Made by a program: the position numbers and the translations under genes | NCBI GenBank assembly: GCA_050287085.1 | Contig: JBNKBE010000008.1 | Span: forward strand, 32,008-96,007 | DNA: 64,000 nucleotides | Source: Polyangiaceae bacterium | GTDB lineage: Bacteria; Myxococcota_A; Polyangia; Polyangiales; Polyangiaceae | Reading direction: 5' to 3' | In this document: positions 20,701 through 29,800 of the stretch, piece after piece | How positions within the stretch are numbered: the stretch's first letter is position 1 | How the letters are laid out: every line of letters starts with the position of its first letter | The notes under the pieces: model-generated | Seen by the model: only the letters and a program-made list of their open reading frames with translations | What the model was told of the DNA's origin: nothing | Database searches by the model: none

Positions 20701-21139
20701 ACACGTGGGCGCGCTCCTCGTCGGGTTCTGCAAGGATGACCTGGCCACAAGGTACTTGACTGCGCGGCGTCGGCCAAGGGCCGCGGGTGGCGCGCAAGCG
20801 AGCCCCCAGGCGTCCGGGGGTTCCGCTGGCCACCACGTCGTCCACGCCCCAGCGAAAGGCGTTGGCGAAGGCCAGATCGGTGATCTTCGGCGACAGCCCC
20901 AGAATCACCGCGCGGGAGCGCTCCGAGCGGCTCCTCACAGCCGAACAGAAGCGCGACGCACCGGGCGTCGTGAGGTCGACGATGAACGCATGGAAGTCCT
21001 CAGCATCGAGGCGCGCGATCGCGTCGTCGGCGCGGGCCTCGACCTCACAGGCCAGTTCCGAATCCGAGCACGCGCTCTCGGTGCCGGCAAGCACGCTGCG
21101 GTTCAGGTTGCCCAGCGTTAAGACCGTTGGCCGCCTCAC
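17780..21139 (-). CDS. Large bitopic signalling protein: pseudo-receiver domains, PilZ-like, Pro-rich linker, TM, PEGA-like C-terminus
   Basis: RAGVR and SVSEHGLFV...LEGRVVW...GFAVQI (PilZ-like); TM WVLFLALAAAAALAYTLV; GWLMVRSP...VYVHGRHAGRT (PEGA-like). Confidence 0.7.
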   Translation of the reverse strand: MRRPTVLTLGNLNRSVLAGTESACSDSELACEVEARADDAIARLDAEDFHAFIVDLTTPGASRFCSAVRSRSERSRAVILGLSPKITDLAFANAFRWGVDDVVASGTPGRLGARLRATRGPWPTPRSQVPCGQVILAEPDEERAHVLQRVLQHADYDVLRVASGAALREQLQRLPYQDEPAHRVVVFNADLEAPRPLLAETLRAHPELRWVVLSRQRDLPAIRDDVAPFDHAVTLSSHGPPENVLFGMNLVYPEPPSSGRAGVRALHGGTVFFRAPGDEEDDAGYTYSVSEHGLFVRTLAPPGDRVWLELHPPAANRRVRLEGRVVWTRGYGMQGRPHVPPGFAVQILDGLGTDLQLWQEGFLSLDLKAPASASVPPRATAPFRIPMPVSMSRAPGMAVSPRPTRDSTPSSPAARDSALPGTGSAPPVGATRSARPRANLLSRPAGLRSRPVSKERRALEEAHTDLERPTLPTLPTLPRHRQSAVPQMHRPPGQSSVGARASALSSIAPGSTTSPPDLDSDRASARGTSPDGAARMDSARSSTKPAPQTRLDLPRRMASDQHNPAFAAHQVITSAPPLAAGERFPAPYADAPRESALSPDDEASSAEQGQLRPSESPTAPSSLSFEELGFEEKNEVPESGERPGNSLAPSSRAPAKPGAPHAAPTPPDLPTRDLPTRGVAPPGDEPPTKIRGLGIISLTGPKPPPDSGEPPPRVTSAQPPPKPNSDLRAGAPRSESPDELAQASEFVSLSSASDPTADGPLAPELEGAESPLSFADQAGDEVLDDSLIAAGLEIAPVTPHRFGATRIGLAPPPRPEPEPAPEAIAAPAAPASDAGNTSAIETALGAPSDAPTSSRFAPLASEPAVDPAVDPAVDPAVDFDADFDAEFAPPRKRRSAARWVLFLALAAAAALAYTLVRHPELVRELVRRANPGQKSVATAQQSAQGAAPHERTGGLRAGPGEPRAQPVPGTSSDASSSAGGLAAASAEDSGLAGSREPEPDDDGGGLQLDANEGWLMVRSPIESNVYVHGRHAGRTNRWLKVRCGPRYVRLGISPGQWQSRGLPARLACGGATTLSLGPAPADPPRVAQPAPPRTPLPEATTRPLTPTPAISASAPAPER
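18482..18553. repeat. In-frame 12-bp tandem repeats (AVDP x3, then DFDA x2)
   Basis: GGGTCCACAGCG x3 and TCCGCATCGAAG x2 seen directly. Confidence 0.8.
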
Positions 21140-21356
21140 GCCGCCATCCTATCACGAAATTCCGTCGGGCGTCGCTTTCGCTGTCAAATCCGCGCGTTAG
21201 TCCGCTACCGAGGGGGCGAGGGGGCGCTGTGCGGCTGGTCGGATCCCGGGGTGGTGCGACGCGTGCTCTTGCCTTTTTTCCGGTCGCGGGTGATGCGGCG
21301 GGAAACGTACGCTCCACCGGGTGCTCCGGTGGAGACTCGCGCGGAGAGTGGTAGCG

Positions 21357-21914
21357 ATGCATTCAACCTCAACCAGCGGTCCCATGCCCGGCGCAGCTGC
21401 GGATTCACCGATGGCCCGTCGGGTCGTTGCGGCCCTTACAGTGTTTGTCGTCTTGGCGGTCAGCGCCGTCATGTACGCTGTGCCCGCCACCCCCGAGCCT
21501 GGGCGTCCTACACTTCTAGCCACCCTCAACGCCACGCTCAACGGTCTGTCGGCTTGCGCTCTGCTTCTCGGCTATTACTTCATTCGCCGTGGCGAGCGAG
21601 CCGCTCACCGCGTGTGTATGTTGGCGGCGACCTTGGTGTCTGCCGTCTTCTTGGTCACCTACCTGATCCACCACTCGCAGGTTGGTTCGGTCCACTACGG
21701 CGGGCAGGGACTGCTTCGCGTCGTCTATTTCCTGCTCCTGGTTCCGCACGTGGTTCTGGCAGCGGGCATTTTGCCGATGGCGCTCATGACCCTCTATCGC
21801 GGGCATACCCAGCGCCTGGCGGCGCATCGCAAGTTGGCGCGTTGGACGCTGCCGCTCTGGCTCTACGTCAGTGTGAGCGGTGTCGGCGTGTACTTCATGC
21901 TCTACTTCACGTAG
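21357..21914 (+). CDS. DUF420 family membrane protein
   Basis: LATLNATLN, HRVCM, FLVTYLIHH, HRKLARWTLPLWLYVSVSGV. Confidence 0.88.
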   Translation: MHSTSTSGPMPGAAADSPMARRVVAALTVFVVLAVSAVMYAVPATPEPGRPTLLATLNATLNGLSACALLLGYYFIRRGERAAHRVCMLAATLVSAVFLVTYLIHHSQVGSVHYGGQGLLRVVYFLLLVPHVVLAAGILPMALMTLYRGHTQRLAAHRKLARWTLPLWLYVSVSGVGVYFMLYFT

Positions 21915-22077
21915 GAGCGCTGAACCTGGCGGCCGGAGGTGATGGCGTGCGCGCAGCGTAGACAGGGCGCGCCGCTTGGACAATGCTGCTCCGTCCACGG
22001 CATGAGGCTTGAGCGATGACGACTTCAACTTCGCTACCGGCTGCGCTGAGCTCCGGGCGCCGGAGGCGCTGGTTCAT

Positions 22078-22527
22078 TTGAGAGCCGTATTGCAGCGCGT
22101 GGAGCGGGCCGAGGTCACGGTCTCGGGGGACGTTGTCGGGGCCATCGAGGCTGGAATCGTCGCTTTGGTGGGCGTGGGCGTCGCAGACACGCCAGCCGAC
22201 GCGCAGTGGCTGGCTTCAAAAGTGGCCACGGCTCGCATCTTTCGCGACGTCGCTGGGCTCATGAATCTCGACTTGCTGTCAAGCGGGGGGCATCTCCTTG
22301 CAATCTCCCAGTTTACCCTGTTTGGGGATCTGCGCCGGGGTCGGCGTCCGAGCTTCTCAAGGGCGCTAGCACCCGCGGAGGCCGAGCCGCTATTCGACTG
22401 TTTTGTCGCCGAATGTCGCGCGCTGGGGGTGGTGACGCTTACCGGGCGTTTTGGCGCTGAGATGAAAGTCAGTCTGTGCAATGACGGTCCCGTCACTCTG
22501 CTACTCGACTCGAAGAAGTTGTTCTGA
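22078..22527 (+). CDS. dtd: D-aminoacyl-tRNA deacylase
   Basis: RAVLQRV, SQFTL, RRPSF, NDGPVT; GGAGG upstream of TTG 22078. Confidence 0.94.
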   Translation: MRAVLQRVERAEVTVSGDVVGAIEAGIVALVGVGVADTPADAQWLASKVATARIFRDVAGLMNLDLLSSGGHLLAISQFTLFGDLRRGRRPSFSRALAPAEAEPLFDCFVAECRALGVVTLTGRFGAEMKVSLCNDGPVTLLLDSKKLF

Positions 22528-24212
22528 TGCTATTTGCCAGCGCTGACTTCTTGCTTTTTATCGTTCCAGTGCTGCTCTGCTACTGGCTGCTGCGCGGACG
22601 TGGCAAGAGCGGCCTTTGGCTGCTGCTGGCGGCTAGCTACTTTTTCTACGCCGCCGGTCCCGCTCCAGCGACTGGGGAGTTGCCTCCGGCCTGGTACTTC
22701 GTGGGTCTGCTGGTTGGCTCGACGCTGGTCGACTACATTTGCGCGCTCCGGATAGCGGCCAGCGCAAGTCGAGGGGTGCGCGCCGCATGGCTTGCGACCA
22801 GTTTGCTGGCCAATCTCGGTCTACTTGCGTACTTCAAGTATACGGGCTTCTGTTTGGACGTGGCCCGCGCGGTCGCCGAAGGCTTGGCTCTGCACGCCGC
22901 GATCCCCACCTTCGAAGCGGTGCTGCCCATCGGGATCAGCTTCTACACGTTCCAAAGCTTGAGCTACACGATCGACGTTTGGCGCGGACGCCTCGCCGCT
23001 GAGCGAAGCTTGCTGCGCTTTGCGGTCTACGTGGCGTTCTTTCCGCAGTTGGTGGCGGGGCCCATCGTGCGTGCGACCGAGTTCTTGCCCCAGCTGCGCG
23101 CTCCCTCGCGGGTGGGGGTTGAACAGGTAAACGAGGCGGTGTTTCGCATCGCCAAAGGCGTCGTGAAGAAGGTTCTTCTGGGGGACTTCATTGCGGCGAG
23201 CTTCGCCGATCTAGTCTTTGCTTCGCCCGCAGACTACTCGTCGCTGGAAAACCTGCTGGCTCTCTATGCCTTCACGCTGCAGATCTACGCGGACTTCTCG
23301 GGGTATTCTGACATCGCCATCGGGGTCGCGTTGCTCATGGGTTATCGCCTTCCGGAAAACTTCGCTCGGCCCTACCAGGCTGGAAGCGTCGGCGAATTTT
23401 GGCGTCGCTGGCACATGACTCTGTCGACATGGCTGCGCGATTACCTATTCTTCCCCTTGGGCGGTAGCCGTCGCGGCCGTGGTCGCAACTACTTCAACCT
23501 ATGGCTCACCATGTTCTTGGTGGGGTTGTGGCACGGCGCTAGTTGGAACTTCCTGGTCTATGCGAACCTCCAGGCCTTCGCGATGGTCTTGAGCCGAGCC
23601 TTGCGGGATCTCCGGCAGCTGCGTGGGCGTGCTCTCGCGTTGGTCGTGGCGGCGGCAGTTGTGGCCTTGGGTACCAGCGCACTCGTTTTTGGTGCCTTGG
23701 GCTTACCGTGGAGTGTGGGGTGGAAGTGGGTCGCTCTGGCCTGCGCGGGAGCGGCCCTGACGGCCCTGCTGCCGCTCGACTCCGTGGGAGCTTGGTCACG
23801 TCCCTTGCACGTTGTTCTGACCTTCCATTTCTGTGTTCTGTCGCGGATCTTCTTTCGAGCGCCAGATCTCGAACACGCCACCGCGATGGTGACCCAGCTC
23901 GCCTCCTGGGACGGCCTTGGGATTCGGCCGGGGCTCTTGTCTCTGCCCAGCTGGGTCGAGGCGGCGCGCGCCTTGCAATCGTCGCCGGCGTTGCGAGCTG
24001 GGCTGGCCTGGACCGGCGATTGGGGACTGGGACTGTTATTGGCGTTTGGACTGCTCATTCACTTCACGCCTAGCTCACTGCCGGAGCGCTGGGGACGGCG
24101 TCTCGTCGCCGCTCTGCCGGCACCCGTCTTGGGGCTGGCCTTGTCGGTGCTGGTGTGGATGCTTTCCGACTTGCTATCGGGACCGAGGGCCAATATCTAC
24201 TTCGCGTTCTGA
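22527..24212 (+). CDS. MBOAT O-acyltransferase (AlgI/PatA/DltB-like)
   Basis: LPIGISFYTFQ, FFPQLVAGPI, QIYADFSGYSD, FWRRWHMTLS, GLWHGA. Confidence 0.94.
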   Translation: MLFASADFLLFIVPVLLCYWLLRGRGKSGLWLLLAASYFFYAAGPAPATGELPPAWYFVGLLVGSTLVDYICALRIAASASRGVRAAWLATSLLANLGLLAYFKYTGFCLDVARAVAEGLALHAAIPTFEAVLPIGISFYTFQSLSYTIDVWRGRLAAERSLLRFAVYVAFFPQLVAGPIVRATEFLPQLRAPSRVGVEQVNEAVFRIAKGVVKKVLLGDFIAASFADLVFASPADYSSLENLLALYAFTLQIYADFSGYSDIAIGVALLMGYRLPENFARPYQAGSVGEFWRRWHMTLSTWLRDYLFFPLGGSRRGRGRNYFNLWLTMFLVGLWHGASWNFLVYANLQAFAMVLSRALRDLRQLRGRALALVVAAAVVALGTSALVFGALGLPWSVGWKWVALACAGAALTALLPLDSVGAWSRPLHVVLTFHFCVLSRIFFRAPDLEHATAMVTQLASWDGLGIRPGLLSLPSWVEAARALQSSPALRAGLAWTGDWGLGLLLAFGLLIHFTPSSLPERWGRRLVAALPAPVLGLALSVLVWMLSDLLSGPRANIYFAF

Positions 24213-24245
24213 TCGGATGCGCCGGCGCGTCCGTGGTTCGCTTGC

Positions 24246-26774
24246 ATGGCAGCTTCCCGTCCTCCTCCCTTTGACCGCGCTCGATTGAAAGCCAGTCTGC
24301 GAGCGCGCGCCGGTGGGCAGTCGACGCGTCCGCCGCCGCTGGTGCCGCCAAGACCCGGCCATTTGCCGGACAGTGTGCCGCCGCGTCCGCCGCCTTCCAT
24401 GCCTCCTGGCCCGCCGCGCCGCCTTCCGCCGGTTCCGTCGCGCGCAGGGAGTACGCTGCGTCCGCCGCCTCCGACGCTGCCGCCGCCTCCGCTGCGGGGC
24501 CTGGTTGGAGCTCCGCCTCGTCTGGAGTCGGTGGCACAGCCCAAAGCGCAGCGTGGGCGAGTTCCCCGACAATCCGGAACGCCCAGCCTTGCTCCACCGC
24601 CGCTACCGTCTTTTGCTCCTCCCGCTGGCGGTGCGGACAGGCTGCGTGAACGACCTAGGAGTCCCGGCCGCAGCGTAACTGTGCCTCCGCCGCGCAGCAC
24701 GTGGCCGGCGTCTCACCCCTTGCCCGCCCCGAGCGGGGGTCTGCGCGCGCCGAGCGAAGGCGCGCGTTTGGTGTCCGCGCCTCCGCCGGCGCCGGTTGTG
24801 CTTCGGCCGGGGCCGGCGGAAGAGCTATCCGCCGTGCAGCGCTCGGGGCATGACCTTTCATTGCCAGCGCCGCGCTCGCTGCTGACTGCATCGCCCAGGC
24901 CGCTCTCCGCGGGTCCGGCAAAGCCGTTGGAGTCGCGATGGCCCCTGGCCGGTGCGGCTCCCTTGAGGGGCTTGCAGCGTCCAGCGCTCGAAGTGGGAGC
25001 ACCGGACGTTCTGGGCAGCGTACCAGCGTCTTCTCACGCTACGCTCTTCGACGTTTCGGCGGCCGCGGCGGCCGAGGAGCACGCGCCCCCGGAACGTCAG
25101 CTCGGGGAGGTTTCGACGAGAGCCAAGCGTCGTGCCACGTGGATCGGTGGGGTTATGCTAGCCCTACTGGCCGCGACCTACGCCGTGCCCGGATGGCGTG
25201 CGCTCAGACCGTGGAGTTTCGAGCAGGGGAGCGTTCCTTTTTGGAATGTCGTGGGGCGAGAGTTTCTGGGCGACGAGCAGCGCGTTCGCGACGAAATGGA
25301 GGCGATTCGAGAGCTGAACGCTCGGACCCGTCGGGTCACAGCGGCGAGCGCTCGGAGCGCGGCGACTCGCAAAGTGCCCGCGCCGGCCGCACCCAAGGCG
25401 CCAGCGTCGGCGGGGTTGCCTACTTCGGCTCGAGACGTTTCGTCGCTCGAGGCAAAGCCTGAGGAGCTCCGCTTCCAACCCTACACAGGGCACGACGACG
25501 ACTCGATGGAGCCCAAGGTTCCCATCGAGAATCCGCAGCGCCTGGCCCGTTTCTTCGAGAAGCTGGCGCTGGCTGAAATGCAGCTTCCGGGCGCTATCGC
25601 GCGCGTCGGGCATTGGGGGGACTCGGTGCTGGGCAACGACGGGATCACGTCTGCGCTGCGTCGCCGCTTTCAGGCTCGCTTTGGCGATGCGGGGCATGGC
25701 TACCATCTTCTGGCGCGCTACAATATGGCCTATCGCCATCAGGGCATTCGCTTCAGTAGTCGCGGGCAATTCCGCAAGTGTGAGATCATCTTCAAGTGTG
25801 AGGAGGATGGTCGCTACGGTTATGGCGGCGTGACGGCTGCATCCTCTGGCGGCGGTACGGCGGGTTATGAGACGACGAGCGAGGGATGGGGCTCTGCTGT
25901 CTCGCGCTTTGAGCTTTGGTTTGCAAAAGGCCCCAAGGGCGGGAAGTTCCAGATCAAGGTCGATGGCGATGTGAGCGCCGTCGTCAATACCTTTTCCGAT
26001 TCGCCTGCCGACGGCTTCTACGAAGTAAGGGTGCCGGACGGACCTCATAGTTTCGAGGTGCGAGCCATCGGAGACGGAATCGCTCGCGGCTACGGGGTCG
26101 TCTTGGAACGAGACGTACCGGGCGTTGTTTGGGATGGGCTGTCGCTCATCGGTAGCTTCACGCAGCGCCTCGACTATCAAGAACCGGCGCACCTAGCCGC
26201 TCAGATAGGCCACCGGGACAACGACTTGCTCGTATTCTTGCTAGGAGGCAACGACGTCCAGCGCGAGCACATGGACTTGGTGCGCAACACCGCTCCCTAC
26301 GAAGCAGAATACACGCGGGTGTTGCGCAAGTTCAGGGCCGGTAAGCCTGAAGCGTCCTGTCTGGTGATGAGCGTGACCGATCATGGTGAGCGTTTGGACG
26401 GGGGGACTCTGCGCTCGCGTCGGATTATCCCACGGCTCGTGGCGGCGCAGCGCAAAGTGGCTGACGCTGAGGGCTGCGCGTTTTTTGATACATTTGCGGC
26501 GATGGGGGGCGACGGGGCTATCGTGCGCTGGTACCGCGCGCGCCCGCAGCTAGCGGGGCCCGATCTCGCTCATCCCACAACGCCGGGCCACGAGGCCATC
26601 GCTGAACTTCTCTACGCTGCGTTGGCGAAGGACTACGCACGCTTTCGAGAGGAACTCACGGGAGCAAGGCTGCCGGAGTGGTGGACGAGAGGGCGACGGC
26701 CTCTGGCGTCAGCGCCGGAGGATGGGGCCCGGCGCAGCGGGGCACCCCCAGCGTTCGGCGGGGCGGGCCAGTAG
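24246..26774 (+). CDS. Membrane-anchored SGNH/GDSL hydrolase or O-acetyltransferase with long Pro/Arg-rich N-terminus
   Basis: GDSV, GGND, DLAH blocks; TM WIGGVMLALLAATYAV. Confidence 0.82.
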   Translation: MAASRPPPFDRARLKASLRARAGGQSTRPPPLVPPRPGHLPDSVPPRPPPSMPPGPPRRLPPVPSRAGSTLRPPPPTLPPPPLRGLVGAPPRLESVAQPKAQRGRVPRQSGTPSLAPPPLPSFAPPAGGADRLRERPRSPGRSVTVPPPRSTWPASHPLPAPSGGLRAPSEGARLVSAPPPAPVVLRPGPAEELSAVQRSGHDLSLPAPRSLLTASPRPLSAGPAKPLESRWPLAGAAPLRGLQRPALEVGAPDVLGSVPASSHATLFDVSAAAAAEEHAPPERQLGEVSTRAKRRATWIGGVMLALLAATYAVPGWRALRPWSFEQGSVPFWNVVGREFLGDEQRVRDEMEAIRELNARTRRVTAASARSAATRKVPAPAAPKAPASAGLPTSARDVSSLEAKPEELRFQPYTGHDDDSMEPKVPIENPQRLARFFEKLALAEMQLPGAIARVGHWGDSVLGNDGITSALRRRFQARFGDAGHGYHLLARYNMAYRHQGIRFSSRGQFRKCEIIFKCEEDGRYGYGGVTAASSGGGTAGYETTSEGWGSAVSRFELWFAKGPKGGKFQIKVDGDVSAVVNTFSDSPADGFYEVRVPDGPHSFEVRAIGDGIARGYGVVLERDVPGVVWDGLSLIGSFTQRLDYQEPAHLAAQIGHRDNDLLVFLLGGNDVQREHMDLVRNTAPYEAEYTRVLRKFRAGKPEASCLVMSVTDHGERLDGGTLRSRRIIPRLVAAQRKVADAEGCAFFDTFAAMGGDGAIVRWYRARPQLAGPDLAHPTTPGHEAIAELLYAALAKDYARFREELTGARLPEWWTRGRRPLASAPEDGARRSGAPPAFGGAGQ

Positions 26775-26885
26775 GCAGCTACGCTGGGCGCGACGGCTCG
26801 TAAACAGCACAGGGAGCGAGCAAGCTCGCTCCCTGCTTCTGTACCTCGCCGGTCCCCGGGGAGGACCGGCGAGGCTACGGAGGGA

Positions 26886-29800
26886 CTACTCCGGCTTGCG
26901 CGTCTCGAGGATGTGGAATTCCACGCGTCGGTTGTTCTGCCGACCCTCGGCGCTAGTGTTGTCGTCCACCGGACGATCAGGACCGAAGCCCTGGGCGACC
27001 AAGCGCTCGCGACCGATCCCGTGCTGGACCAACCAGTCCACAACCGCCAGCGCGCGGCGCTCGCTCAGTCCCCGGTTGTGGGCGCGAGAGCCACGATTGT
27101 CCGTATGCCCTTCGACCCGGATGCGCGTCAGCTGTGGATTCTCCCTCAGCACATCGCGCACGGCCTCTAGGATTTCGTCACTCTCCGGTCGAATCGTGGC
27201 CTTGTTCGTATCGAACTCGATGCGATCGAGGATCACCACGCGCTCGGTGGTCACCTGTACGCGAGGACAGCCGTTCTTCTTGGGATCGGGATCCGGCTTG
27301 CCTGCTTCGTCGGGACAGGCATCGTCCTCGTCCAGGATTTGATCACCGTCTCGATCCTTGGGAGGCGGACAGCCGTGCTTGGCCTTGTCCTCGTTGGGCT
27401 CGCCCTTCTCGCGCACGCACGCGTCGACCTTGTCGATGATGCCGTCGCCATCCGTGTCGGGACAGCCATTGGTCTCCGGGTCGTCCGTAGCGGGCCCTTC
27501 GTCGTTCACGCAGGCATCTTCGTCGTCGATGATGCCATCGCCGTCGGTATCCTTGGGCTTCTCGGGGCAGCCGTGAAGGGTCGGGTCATCGCTGGCAACA
27601 CCCGGCACGTCTGGACAGGCGTCGTCGGGATCGTAGATGCCGTCACCATCGCGATCGCTAGGGGGCGGGGGAGGTGGAGCCGGCTTCACGATGTCGGGAG
27701 CCCATTCGAGCGACGCGACCATCCGGACGCGTGGGCTGCCGAGACCCGTCGTAAAGCCAGGGCCAGCTCCGGCGCCTAGGCGAAAGTCTCCGGCACGGTA
27801 GTGCAGACCCAATAGCCCCTCAAACGGCGTCGTGGCTTCGTCCAAGAAGCCGCCGAAAGCGTCAGAGACCACGGCATGGGTCCAAAGCTCGGGGCCGATG
27901 AGCAGCTTCTTGTCCAAGAGCCGTAGACCAGCAGAAACGCCGAACTGGAGATCTGTGCCGAAGGCTTCGCCGACGAAGTTTTCTCGCCGAGTGTGGATGT
28001 TGAGGCCAGCCCGCGCACTATAGGCGAAGATCCCCACGTCGCCGGCAAGGGCCAAGCGCGGGACGATGCGAACTTTGCCGTCGCTAGTGTACGCTTCTTG
28101 GCGGCCCGTGGGAAAGAACGCCTGGGCGCCGATGGCCATGGTGGCGGCGTCGCCATATTCTCCAAAGAGGCGGAGGTCAGCACCGAAGCGTAGATCTCCG
28201 ACGCCACCGCTGCGATCGGCACGGTAAATCGCGTTGTCGAAGCGTGCTTGCGCACCGCGCTGATAGGCCAGAATCGGCAGATTGAGTCCGAGTCGGAGGC
28301 GGTCAGCGATGGTGACGGCTGCGCCCAGGTGAGCGAATACCTGGTGTCGCACGACTGCACGGAGCTCATCGCCCGCTGCATCGTAGGCCACCAGCGGCTT
28401 GTACGCCCAGTCTCCTGTGATGCCCAAGGCCCAGCGCCCGCTGCCTCGCAGGTCGAGCGACTCGGCCCAGAACCAATCACTGCCGCGTTCCGCCGGGTCA
28501 AAGCGGTTGAGTGCTATGCCGGAGGGCTGGGCGGCAGCGGGGGGTGAACCCAGGGTCGCCAATGCGGTCATGAATAAGGCGAGGAACAACGCTCCGCCCC
28601 TGGCCGTTCGCGCCTTAGAGCGAGCAGGGCCTACTCGGCGCCGAGCCCAGACGCTGGCGGCCAAGCCGAGCAGCACAAGGCTGGGAGCCCAGGGCGTGCC
28701 GCCATGGGTTGGCGTTTGTACGGCGCACCGGAACCCGCCGCCTTTCAATGCTCCCGCTTGCTCGTAGACCACCTCGGAGTTGTCGTTCGGATCGAGGTAG
28801 TCCGGCGTGCCGTCGTCGTCGGTGTCTTTCGGCTTCGCGGGGTTGGCTCCCAGCTCGACCGAAGTACTCTTGCCGTCGCCATCGTCATCGGTATCGAGAT
28901 AGTCGGGGGTACCGTCGTCGTCGGTGTCCTGGGGGTTGGCTGAATCCGGACCGAGCTCGTCGATCGTTGGCTTGCGATCACCGTCATCGTCGGTATCGAG
29001 ATAGTCGGGGGTACCGTCGTCGTCGGTGTCTTGAGGCTTCTTGCCGTCGCCGAGCTCGTCTTGGGTCGGTACGCCATCGCCGTCGTCGTCGGTGTCGAGG
29101 TAATCCGGGGTGCCGTCGTCGTTGGTGTCTTGAGGCTTCTTGCCGTCACCGAGCTCGTCTTGGGTCGGTACGCCATCGCCGTCGTCGTCGGTGTCGAGGT
29201 AGTCCGGGGTACCGTCTCCGTCAGTGTCCCGACATTGAGTCATGTCGGGGCATTCATCGGCGTCGCTGAGCCCGTCGTCGTCAGTGTCCGGGCCGGAGGC
29301 GGCCTCGAGATAGTCGGGGACGCCGTTCTCATCGGCATCTCCGTTGTTGTCTCCGCTAGCCTCTTCGCCATCGCCGATTCCGTCGCCGTCAGCGTCCGTA
29401 TCGAGCCAATTGACGTCGCCGTCGTCGTCGACGTCGCCGCCATAGTCGATCGCGTCTTCGATCTCGGTCCGCGTTGGCAGTCCGTCCTCGTCATCGTCGG
29501 TATCGAGATAGTCAGCGGCGCCGTCGCCGTCGGTATCACGGGGCTCCTCACCCTGGCCGAGCTCGTCCCGCGTGAACAAGCCATCGTCGTCGTCGTCGGT
29601 GTCGAGATAGTCGGGGGTGTCGTCGTTGTCGGAATCCTGGGGAGCCTCGCCGTCGCCGAGTTCGTCTTGGGTGAGCACGCCGTCGCCGTCGTCGTCTTCA
29701 TCTTCCCAGTCGGGGGTGCCGTCACCGTCCGTGTCAGGGCAGTCCGCCATGTCGGGACACTCAATGATGTCGATCACGCCGTCGCCGTCGGTATCGATGT

